Below, piece after piece: positions 7,527 through 14,141 of a stretch of DNA of 20,000 nt. The first letter of the stretch is position 1. Every line of letters starts with the position of its first letter. This DNA comes from an uncultured virus (IMG/VR IMGVR_UViG_3300009176_000004) (lineage: Duplodnaviria > Heunggongvirae > Uroviricota > Caudoviricetes): IMG/VR virus record IMGVR_UViG_3300009176_000004. One strand, given 5' to 3'. The notes below the pieces were generated by a model. It saw nothing but the letters and a program-made list of their open reading frames with translations, made no database searches and had not been told where the DNA came from. Made by a program: the position numbers and the translations under genes.

Positions 7527-7688
7527 ATGGCGAAGACGAAGGTGTTCCACCAGAGCGCGAGCTTCACGACGGAGGCGGAGGCGCAGGAGTTCGCGGCCGC
7601 GCTGCTGACGCGCGGGATCAAGAGCCGCGTGAGCGAGCCCGGCACGGGACGGTGGTGGGTGTTCTACGCAGTGCTGGCCGCGAAATAA
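7527..7688 (+). CDS. hypothetical protein (53 aa), weak SPOR-like pattern
   Basis: AGGAGG RBS before ATG 7527. Confidence 0.7.
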   Translation: MAKTKVFHQSASFTTEAEAQEFAAALLTRGIKSRVSEPGTGRWWVFYAVLAAK

Positions 7689-7691
7689 CCG

Positions 7692-7733
7692 TTGCCCGGC
7701 AGCGGCCGGGTGTGGCATAATAGAGGTGGAGGT
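7692..7733 (+). promoter_or_regulatory. promoter/RBS cassette
   Basis: TTGCCC-N18 (ending TGTGG)-CATAAT-AGAGGTGGAGGT. Confidence 0.75.
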
Positions 7734-7739
7734 AGCGTG

Positions 7740-7940
7740 ATGATGTTGGTGATGACGTTCAGAGGCGGCCTGCTGGTGCTCGAGGGCCCGAGCGGCGTAG
7801 TGGCGACCGGCCTGGAGGCCGTGCGAGCTCGCCTGTGGCGCGGTGGCGACGAGGTCTTCTGCAGCTCCGGGATCGACTTCCCCGACGAGCACACGAGCGA
7901 CCCGGCCGTCCTCGCGTACTGCGCGAAGATCCGCGGCTGA
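7740..7940 (+). CDS. hypothetical phage protein (66 aa)
   Basis: GGAGGT RBS; CSSGIDFPDE motif. Confidence 0.7.
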   Translation: MMLVMTFRGGLLVLEGPSGVVATGLEAVRARLWRGGDEVFCSSGIDFPDEHTSDPAVLAYCAKIRG

Positions 7941-7968
7941 GGGCCTGCAGGGCGCGCGAAGAAAAAGC

Positions 7969-8015
7969 GTGCCCTGCCCCCGCGCGGTGTGGGATAATAG
8001 AGAGGTAGAGGAGAG
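7969..8015 (+). promoter_or_regulatory. promoter/RBS cassette
   Basis: GTGCCC-N18 (ending TGTGG)-GATAAT-AGAGAGGTAGAGGAGAG; A tract upstream. Confidence 0.75.
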
Positions 8016-8024
8016 ACGAGAGAC

Positions 8025-8351
8025 ATGACGAAGAAGTTCGACATCCACGTGCTCACGCAGTACCGCGAGAACTACGGCGACGCGCTCGCGCCGTACTGGA
8101 AGAGCAAGGGCGGGTCCACGTACGTCCTGGCCGGCCTGGAGCTGGCGCTCAGCGACGGGATCGGTGCGGCCGCGCAGGCGGTGGTCGACGCACATCGTGC
8201 GTCGATCGAGTGCCGCAACGACTTCTGCACGGTCGACATCATCGACTGGGAGCTCGCGGAGGCCGGCGCGCTCACGGACGACGAGAAGACGCAGATCAAG
8301 TACGGCTACGGCCGCGTCGACTTCCCGTCGAAGCGCATCGCCGTGCGCTAG
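8025..8351 (+). CDS. conserved hypothetical phage protein (108 aa)
   Basis: TQYRENYG...PYWKSKGGSTY motif, recalled from hypothetical proteins of T4-like phages. Confidence 0.75.
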   Translation: MTKKFDIHVLTQYRENYGDALAPYWKSKGGSTYVLAGLELALSDGIGAAAQAVVDAHRASIECRNDFCTVDIIDWELAEAGALTDDEKTQIKYGYGRVDFPSKRIAVR

Positions 8352-8370
8352 CGCAGGAGGCGGGGCCCCG

Positions 8371-8423
8371 ACGTCCGGGGCCTGGCGCTGCGCGCTGTGG
8401 TATAATAGAGAGGTAGGAGAGAG
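8371..8423 (+). promoter_or_regulatory. repeated promoter/RBS cassette, rightward
   Basis: ACGTCCG-N23 (ending TGTGG)-TATAAT-AGAGAGGTAGGAGAGAG. Confidence 0.85.
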
Positions 8424-8426
8424 CAC

Positions 8427-8618
8427 ATGAGAGAGACGAAGAAGGTCGACCTGCGCGGAGGCACGTTCCTCGTGATCCGCTGCACCTGCGGAAGCGCACA
8501 GTGCACCGTCTGCGACGGTGGCCCCGGCGACACGGTCGTGACCGACGACCGCGGCAACGAAGTGAACCCGCACAAGCGGATCGCGGTGCTGGAGGCCGCG
8601 CGCGCATGCTCCTCGTAG
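8427..8618 (+). CDS. small Cys-rich protein (63 aa)
   Basis: RBS from the cassette; CTCGSAQCTVC. Confidence 0.7.
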   Translation: MRETKKVDLRGGTFLVIRCTCGSAQCTVCDGGPGDTVVTDDRGNEVNPHKRIAVLEAARACSS

Positions 8619-8791
8619 CGAAGCCCGTCGGCAGGACGGGCCTGTGGTCAGTCACTGACCAGTCGACAGGCCAGCGGCACGGCCAGTACACCGCTGAAGC
8701 GGCGGTGCTCCGGTTCGGCCGTGGCGCGATCACGTGGATCTGCACGCATGCGGAAGAGTTCCCCTTCGAGGCGGAGGGGCAGCCGCGATGA
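8606..8791 (+). CDS. hypothetical protein (61 aa, MLLVAKPVGRTGLW...)
   Basis: GGAGG RBS before ATG 8606; ATGA overlap at the end. Confidence 0.6.
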   Translation: MLLVAKPVGRTGLWSVTDQSTGQRHGQYTAEAAVLRFGRGAITWICTHAEEFPFEAEGQPR

Positions 8792-8865
8792 AGAAGCTCC
8801 TGCTCGCGCTCGTGCGGCCGTTCGCCTGGCTCTACCTCTGGCTCGGCGGGGAGCTGAGGCCATGA
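8788..8865 (+). CDS. 25-aa hydrophobic peptide MKKLLLALVRPFAWLYLWLGGELRP
   Basis: Hand-translated; GGAGG RBS; ATGA overlaps at both ends. Confidence 0.55.
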   Translation: MKKLLLALVRPFAWLYLWLGGELRP

Positions 8866-9074
8866 GGACGTGCCCTGCCTGCGGCGAAGAGTCACTCAGC
8901 GACGTCCCTCTACTGCTCGAAGAGCAGTACTGGCCAGCGAGAGGCGCGTTGCGCAAGGCGCAACTGCCGTCCAGGCGAAGGCCCGTGCGAGCTGACGCGT
9001 GCTGCAGCTGCGAGTACGTCCGCGAGCGACGCTCTCCTGTCGACGTCCCACAGGAGCGGCGCTCTCTCCCCTAG
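8862..9074 (+). CDS. zinc-ribbon protein (70 aa, MRTCPACG...CCSCEY)
   Basis: ATGA overlap; two CxxC motifs. Confidence 0.6.
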   Translation: MRTCPACGEESLSDVPLLLEEQYWPARGALRKAQLPSRRRPVRADACCSCEYVRERRSPVDVPQERRSLP

Positions 9075-9166
9075 CTACGCTCGGGGAGCACGTCGAGGGG
9101 AGCGTCACGCTCTCCCCTCGACAGTCGACGGGGGCCATAATTGACCGCGCACTGCGTGCGGCGGTT
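9030..9166. repeat. cluster of inverted repeats / hairpins
   Basis: CTCCTGT/ACAGGAG (9034-9056), CTCCCC/GGGGAG (9066-9088), GTCGAGGGGAG/CTCCCCTCGAC (9092-9122); CGCTCTC three times. Confidence 0.7.
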
Positions 9167-9319
9167 GTCTCGGGCAGGAACGTCCTCGTGGGCGCAAAGA
9201 CTACTTGAGTTAGGACGTGGACTCTTGTTCGCGGAAAAGCAAGGGCGACAGAGCAAGAGGCCGGCAGCGGAGAGAGCAAAGGACGTTGGCAGTGAGATCA
9301 AAGGGGAGTTCTTATGCCA

Positions 9320-9412
9320 TGACCGTCAGTTGTAGTAAGGACATAAGATAGGAGTCTCTATAGAATATAGTATAAATACCTATATAATACAAGTACGTAA
9401 GGGAGACGGTCA
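9320..9412. other. AT-rich island bracketed by an 8-bp inverted repeat (origin candidate)
   Basis: 9361-9400 is 32/40 A+T; TGACCGTC (9320-9327) / GACGGTCA (9405-9412). Confidence 0.45.
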
Positions 9413-9429
9413 AAACACACTACGCCACG

Positions 9430-9482
9430 AACGGACGTTTGATCTCCGTCCGTTGATAGACTCTATTCGAAACCTATATAAT
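9430..9482 (+). promoter_or_regulatory. promoter with overlapping palindromic operator
   Basis: AACGGACG-N9-CGTCCGTT inverted repeat overlapping TTGATA-N18-TATAAT. Confidence 0.7.
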
Positions 9483-9501
9483 AAGCTCGGAGGCAAAAGA
9501 T

Positions 9502-10134
9502 ATGGGACGACCCCCAGTGATCTATGTACCGTCTGTCGCTCCGACGCAGGAGGACTTGATCCGGGCCGCGACGATCTTCGAGTTCCGTGGCCGACAAGCC
9601 GTTCTCAACGGCCACGTCCATGTGACGATCGGCGTCCCGATGCACGATGAGACGGCGGACTGGCTCTCCGAGCACTTCGGCGGAGCCGTCTACCTGATCG
9701 GCGCAACGCGTCGCTGGCAAGTGCGGCAGGAGCAGCTCGCGACGTTCCTCACTGCCATACGTCCGTGGCTGAAGCCGCAGGGACTGCGGAAGGCGGACTC
9801 GATCGTGAAGGCGTCTGCCGCTCTGGAGGAAGCGACCGTAGAGTCGTCGGCCAGGCTCGCCAACCGAAAGATCAAGCCGAAGGAGGACGTCGTGAAGGAC
9901 CGCCGTGAGTTCCTCAAGCTGTGGGACGAGGAGTTCGATGAGCCAATGGCGCAGGCAGCGTACGACGGCATCCTGAGCAAGGGGAAAGTCGTCTGGTTCG
10001 AAACCGGGCTCGCCGTCGCCGCTCTCTATGCGGCTTGGTTCCGTGAGCACGGCTGCATTGTCGAAGAGGAGAATGGTTGCAAGCTCGGCGTCACACGGAC
10101 GGATGACGGTGTCGAGCGAGAGCACTTCGACTAG
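9502..10134 (+). CDS. protein with a degenerate LAGLIDADG-like N-terminal domain (210 aa)
   Basis: GGAGG RBS; DLIRAATIFEFRG...WLSEHFGGAVY...WQV...FLTAIRPWL..K pattern. The CDS is secure; the domain call is tentative. Confidence 0.55.
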   Translation: MGRPPVIYVPSVAPTQEDLIRAATIFEFRGRQAVLNGHVHVTIGVPMHDETADWLSEHFGGAVYLIGATRRWQVRQEQLATFLTAIRPWLKPQGLRKADSIVKASAALEEATVESSARLANRKIKPKEDVVKDRREFLKLWDEEFDEPMAQAAYDGILSKGKVVWFETGLAVAALYAAWFREHGCIVEEENGCKLGVTRTDDGVEREHFD

Positions 10135-10160
10135 GACGTGCTTCACGGACGTGACAAGGC

Positions 10161-10195
10161 TGCCCGTTGATTTCATTCAATGGTTCAGCTATAAT
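10161..10195 (+). promoter_or_regulatory. sigma70-type promoter (probable leaderless transcript)
   Basis: TGCCCG-TTGATT-N17-TATAAT with ATG after a 6-nt gap. Confidence 0.7.
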
Positions 10196-10201
10196 TACAC
10201 T

Positions 10202-10411
10202 ATGCTTCTCACTGCCTCGCAGCCAGGGCTGGAGCTCAAGTTACATACGAGCACCTTGCAGGCGCACAGCCAGCTCTCTGGCCTGCCGCCGGACGATCTC
10301 TTGCTCGAGGAGCTGCGGGACGTGCTTCGCTCCGCAGTCGCGGAAGCCGCGCGTCGGTTCTATGAACGTTTCCCGGAGGCGCCGCCGTCTGTCGACGTTC
10401 ACATCCTATGA
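10202..10411 (+). CDS. hypothetical protein (69 aa), probably leaderless
   Basis: ATG at the predicted +1; ATGA overlap with the next gene. Confidence 0.6.
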   Translation: MLLTASQPGLELKLHTSTLQAHSQLSGLPPDDLLLEELRDVLRSAVAEAARRFYERFPEAPPSVDVHIL

Positions 10412-10860
10412 CTGAGGACTTCGTCCTGGAGCTCGCCGTCGGCGGCTTCGTCGAGATCTCGGGCAAGAAGCATCCCTCGCGAGCGTCGCGGTTGGCGATT
10501 CTCGCCGATGGAACCACTGCCCCCGTCCTGCTCCTGCTCGGGCGCAAGCGCTACGTGAAGATCACCCGCGAGCAGGTGCTCTACTGGATCGACGGGGATC
10601 CGAGCAACGAGACGCTGGCGAACGTCGGCCTCGCGACGCGCAGTGCGACTGGTCGCCGTCCTCGTTCGTCCTATGGTGCGCCATCGGGCACCCGCGAATA
10701 CATGAAGGCCTGGCGGGAGAAGAATGGGGAGCGGGTGCGTGCCGCGCAGAAGCGATGGCGTGCGTCGCGAGAGACGTCCGTCTCGAAGCCTGTCGTGGCG
10801 CCGTTCGAAGGAGACGATCCCGTCCTCGATCAATTGCGTCGTTTGGTAGGCGAAGAATGA
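10408..10860 (+). CDS. hypothetical protein (150 aa) with a basic helical motif
   Basis: REYMKAWREKNGERVRAAQKRWR; ATGA overlaps at both ends. Confidence 0.7.
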   Translation: MTEDFVLELAVGGFVEISGKKHPSRASRLAILADGTTAPVLLLLGRKRYVKITREQVLYWIDGDPSNETLANVGLATRSATGRRPRSSYGAPSGTREYMKAWREKNGERVRAAQKRWRASRETSVSKPVVAPFEGDDPVLDQLRRLVGEE

Positions 10861-11102
10861 GCAATGCTCTCGACTGGAACGCTCTGATCTACGGTAGCTA
10901 TGACAGGAACACCGTGATCATGGCGGTGAATGACTTCGAGTGGCAGAGGCTTAGGCGGAGCCTGATGGGGACGTCACTTGAGCACAAGCATGCCGCTCTG
11001 ACGGCCTACGTCGCAGAGCGGCCTGAGCACGTGCGTCACGTGCGCGTCACAAACTACATCTACGCGCTAAAGCGAGCAGGCCGGATCCTGAAAGACGCAT
11101 GA
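10857..11102 (+). CDS. conserved hypothetical phage protein (81 aa)
   Basis: Start moved to ATG 10857 (ATGA overlap); WQRLRRSLMG...VTNYIYALKRAG motif. Confidence 0.7.
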   Translation: MSNALDWNALIYGSYDRNTVIMAVNDFEWQRLRRSLMGTSLEHKHAALTAYVAERPEHVRHVRVTNYIYALKRAGRILKDA

Positions 11103-11182
11103 AGGACCTCCTACTCGTCTCCGCCGTTACGCTTGCCGTCCTAACCGCCTACGACGTTCTCAGACATGGGCGTCCGCGTTGA
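11099..11182 (+). CDS. 27-aa membrane peptide MKDLLLVSAVTLAVLTAYDVLRHGRPR
   Basis: Hand-translated; ATGA overlap; single hydrophobic stretch. Confidence 0.45.
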   Translation: MKDLLLVSAVTLAVLTAYDVLRHGRPR

Positions 11183-11207
11183 GCGCTGTGCGAAGATTTC
11201 CTTTCCG

Positions 11208-11243
11208 GCGTCCATGTCATTCCTCTGCGCAATGCGATAGAAT
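11208..11243 (+). promoter_or_regulatory. repeated promoter
   Basis: GCGTCCA-N23 (ending TGCGA)-TAGAAT. Confidence 0.75.
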
Positions 11244-11281
11244 AGAGTAGTGACAGTACTTTCAGAGAGGAGAGTGACAGG

Positions 11282-11812
11282 ATGAAGATCGAGATCAATC
11301 CTCAGCAGGTGCTCATGCTCGTCGAGCAGTACCTGGACGAGGGCTGGGTGCAGGGACACCTGCAGGGCGGGGCGCTCGGACAGAGCGAAACGCAGGACCC
11401 GCAGGGCGTGTGCATTCTCGGCGCAATTGCGAAGGCCCTGAATACTACGCTCGAGACCGTGCTTCGGCCGGAGATCGAGCAGCAGCTCGAACTCGTGCCG
11501 GAGTTCCAGACGCTGGACGTTCGCACGAAGCGCGAGTTCGTGACGCTCCAGCTCGGCTCGCTTCGATACAAGCTCCGGCCGATCTTCGAGTCGAAGATCC
11601 AGGAAGTGCTGGGCGCGCAGTACGGCGCAATCAGCATTCCGGGCTGGAACGACGCACCGCAGCGCCGGAAGGATGAGATCCTGACCGGCATTCGAGCTGC
11701 GCTCGAAATCGTCACGACCGAATGTCTCGAGGCATGGGCTCGTGAGGATCACGTCGTCACGGAGCTGTCGACGGAGCCGATCATGGTTCCAGCGGTGCTC
11801 CGCAAGCTGTAA
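11282..11812 (+). CDS. DUF6197-like phage protein (176 aa)
   Basis: GWVQG...CILGAI...IPGWNDAPQR..DEI pattern; GAGGAG RBS. Confidence 0.6.
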   Translation: MKIEINPQQVLMLVEQYLDEGWVQGHLQGGALGQSETQDPQGVCILGAIAKALNTTLETVLRPEIEQQLELVPEFQTLDVRTKREFVTLQLGSLRYKLRPIFESKIQEVLGAQYGAISIPGWNDAPQRRKDEILTGIRAALEIVTTECLEAWAREDHVVTELSTEPIMVPAVLRKL

Positions 11813-11825
11813 GACACTACGCGCG

Positions 11826-11862
11826 GGAGCTGGGATCATGGCGGTCTCAGCTCCTTCGCTCT
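11826..11862 (+). terminator. probable intrinsic terminator
   Basis: GGAGCTGGGATC-ATGGC-GGTCTCAGCTCC followed by a pyrimidine-rich tail. Confidence 0.55.
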
Positions 11863-11958
11863 TCCCCGTCGGAGGTGAGCCGTCGCTACGTGCGAGCGCT
11901 AAGACTTTCCGGTCAACCGTCATCGCAAATGTAAGACTTTGGTAGGAGGATTTCACAC

Positions 11959-12636
11959 ATGCGTAGTTTCGCCCTCGCACTCGGCGCCCTGCTCCTCAGC
12001 GCGTCGCTCGCAAGCGCCGACACGATCACGTCCTTCGGCAACATCACGCCGAACCAGCTCGTCGCTCTCGACAACCTCGACGGCACGACCACGCTGTCTA
12101 CTTCGTCGAACGTGACGATCACGCAGATCATCGCGGGCAGTCTCGACCCGAATGCTCTGTTCACGTTCACGGCGACAAGCGTCGGTGACGCCACGTCCAT
12201 TCTGGGTGGGACGGTCGTGACGCAGCGGTTCGCGGGCAGCTTCGAACTGACGAATCAGGCCGGGACGTTCAACTACCTGTCTGGCACGTTCGGCGCGGCG
12301 CTGGAGTTCGGCGGAGGCACAGGCGCGGTGCTAACGGCGAATAGCTCGCCGCAGAATCCGCCGCTGGTGCTGTTCACGGACCTGCCGCTGGATCTCGTCA
12401 ACCCGGAGAGCTTCCAGCTCTCGCTGGCGAACGTCCTCGGCGGCATCCACACCAACACGTACCTCGTGAACGGCGTGTCGCACACGACGCTCGCGGGCTT
12501 CACGGCGTCGTACACGGGCGATGCCGATGCAGCGCTCGCAACGCCTGTCCCGGAGCCGGCATCACTGATGCTGCTCGGAACGGGTCTACTCGGTCTCGCC
12601 GGACAGGTGCGCAAGCGCATGCGCCGGAAGGCCTAA
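11959..12636 (+). CDS. PEP-CTERM sorting domain surface protein 1 (225 aa)
   Basis: Signal peptide ending ASA-D; Thr/Ser/Gly-rich body; PVPEPASLMLLGTGLLGLAGQVRKRMRRKA; AGGAGG RBS. Confidence 0.93.
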   Translation: MRSFALALGALLLSASLASADTITSFGNITPNQLVALDNLDGTTTLSTSSNVTITQIIAGSLDPNALFTFTATSVGDATSILGGTVVTQRFAGSFELTNQAGTFNYLSGTFGAALEFGGGTGAVLTANSSPQNPPLVLFTDLPLDLVNPESFQLSLANVLGGIHTNTYLVNGVSHTTLAGFTASYTGDADAALATPVPEPASLMLLGTGLLGLAGQVRKRMRRKA

Positions 12637-12643
12637 CGGATCT

Positions 12644-12928
12644 TGCAACCGGCGGACGTGCTTCACTTCTTGCCGTTCATCCGGGGGAACGCGGGCGTGT
12701 CAGGGCACGTTCCGCCGGCTGCAGGGTGCTACGCTATGACCAAAGAAAACGCGAAGATTGATTCAGGCCGTCGTGCGTCGCTGGTCGTCCTGATGACCGT
12801 TACGGCTCGAACCGTCTGGGCTCGCTCTCTACAGGGCCCAGCGGCGAGCACGTGCGGCAGTTGCGTACCATCGGGCACGACGCAGACGTTCGGAACCGAC
12901 GGGCGTCCGCCGGCAGGCAAGCAACCCT
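12644..12928 (+). other. highly base-paired intergenic element (candidate cis-regulatory RNA or ncRNA)
   Basis: Long stem 12644-12723; closing helix AGGGTGCT/AGCAACCCT; several internal hairpins. Confidence 0.35.
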
Positions 12929-12951
12929 CGTCTCTCTACTAGGAGGAATGC

Positions 12952-13668
12952 ATGAAGAAGACTCTCCAGTTCGCCGCGCTCGCTCTGCTGCTGGCGGCAC
13001 CTGCACGGGCAGACTCGATCACGTTCTCGCTCAACCAGGCGAACGCCGGCTTGCCCTTTCCGGGGCCGTATGCCGACGTGACGGTCAATCGGACCAGCAC
13101 GACGACGGCCACGATCACGTTCGACAGTCTGACGTCCAGCGGGATCGAGTTCCTCATGGGCGGCAATGGCGCAGTCGGCGTGAATGTCAACGCTGCGACG
13201 TTCACTGAGTCCGGCTTCACTGGCGGCATCGACGGTACGGGCTTCTCCACGAACTCGGGTGGCCTGTCCTTCGGTGGTGCGGGTGTCGAGGACGGCTTCG
13301 GTCTGTTCAACCTGACGGTGAACTCGTTCGACGGCTTCACGCATAGCTGGTCGGAGATCGGGTTCAGCCTCGTGAACACCAGCGGCACGTGGTCGTCCGC
13401 GGCCAACGTGCTCGTCAACAACCTCAACGGCTTCGAGGCCGTCATTCACGGCTTCGCCTGCACGGACACCGGGGCGACGAACTGCCTCGCTTCAAACGGC
13501 GCTCTCTCAACGGGCTTCGCGTCGGGCTTCGGAACGAATCCGCCGCCGCCTCCCCCGCCCCCTCCACCTCCTCCTCCGCCACCGCCGGAACCGGTGCCTG
13601 AGCCAGGAACGATGCTCCTTCTCGGAACAGGCCTCGTCGGCTTGCTTCGGAAGAAGTTCCGTTCGTAA
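12952..13668 (+). CDS. PEP-CTERM sorting domain surface protein 2 with a Pro16 linker (238 aa)
   Basis: Signal peptide ending ARA-D; PVPEPGTMLLLGTGLVGLLRKKFRS; AGGAGG RBS. Confidence 0.93.
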   Translation: MKKTLQFAALALLLAAPARADSITFSLNQANAGLPFPGPYADVTVNRTSTTTATITFDSLTSSGIEFLMGGNGAVGVNVNAATFTESGFTGGIDGTGFSTNSGGLSFGGAGVEDGFGLFNLTVNSFDGFTHSWSEIGFSLVNTSGTWSSAANVLVNNLNGFEAVIHGFACTDTGATNCLASNGALSTGFASGFGTNPPPPPPPPPPPPPPPPEPVPEPGTMLLLGTGLVGLLRKKFRS

Positions 13669-13774
13669 GACGTCGACTGAGCGACGCTAAAAAGCCGTCA
13701 GGCTCAGTGCGCCGTCGGGAGAGATAGGAAGTGGACCGCCTCTCCCGTCGGGTCGGAATTGGCCGGAGGCCAAC

Positions 13775-13987
13775 ATGACGTACGAGCGCCCGCACCGTCC
13801 GGAGAACATCACAGCGCCGATGTCAGATAATGAGACATGGGCAGAGTGCTTGAATTGCCGCCGGACATGGAAGGCCGTCGCTCGGCCGGGGATCATACAT
13901 CTGTACGTCGAGATGTGTGCGAGCTGCAGAGAGATCGCCGTCAAGAAGGCAGAGGCGTCCGTAGATCCAAACGCGAAGCGATCGTAA
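13775..13987 (+). CDS. C4 zinc-finger protein (70 aa)
   Basis: GGAGG RBS; CLNC...CASC. Confidence 0.7.
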   Translation: MTYERPHRPENITAPMSDNETWAECLNCRRTWKAVARPGIIHLYVEMCASCREIAVKKAEASVDPNAKRS

Positions 13988-14006
13988 TATAGATCAGGAG
14001 AGCGCA

Positions 14007-14141
14007 GTGCGAGGGAAAAGAGCGAAGAAGTTAAGGCGTCAGGTCCTGAAGGACGTCTCGTTTCGTGGCGTCGACTTTACTCGAGCCTACAGGCAGACGA
14101 AGAAGGCGTACGTGAAGGACCGACGGACCAACGGATGCTGA
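14007..14141 (+). CDS. small basic protein (44 aa, MRGKRAKKLRRQVLK...AYRQTKKAYV), not in the ORF track
   Basis: Hand-translated; AGGAG RBS, GTG start. Confidence 0.6.
   Translation: MRGKRAKKLRRQVLKDVSFRGVDFTRAYRQTKKAYVKDRRTNGC

Noticed and set aside
7287..8573. 428-aa minus-strand ORF, and similar long antisense ORFs (3833..4744, 9463..10176, 11141..11980, 18266..18907)
   Set aside because: Shadow ORFs of GC-rich genes on the other strand; most cross promoters or gene boundaries and none has a recognisable RBS or motif.
12790..12812. CTGATGA followed by a small hairpin, resembling a hammerhead ribozyme core
   Set aside because: The required GAAA directly after stem II is missing (CTCGAAC), and stems I and III could not be built.
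12637..12951. tmRNA, tRNA or known riboswitch in the spacer
   Set aside because: No acceptor stem or T-arm consensus, no tag reading frame ending in ALAA-like residues, and no recognisable aptamer consensus.
11860..12951. Sigma54 (-24/-12) promoters of the kind often found before PEP-CTERM genes
   Set aside because: No TGGCAC-N5-TTGC match with correct spacing was found upstream of either gene.
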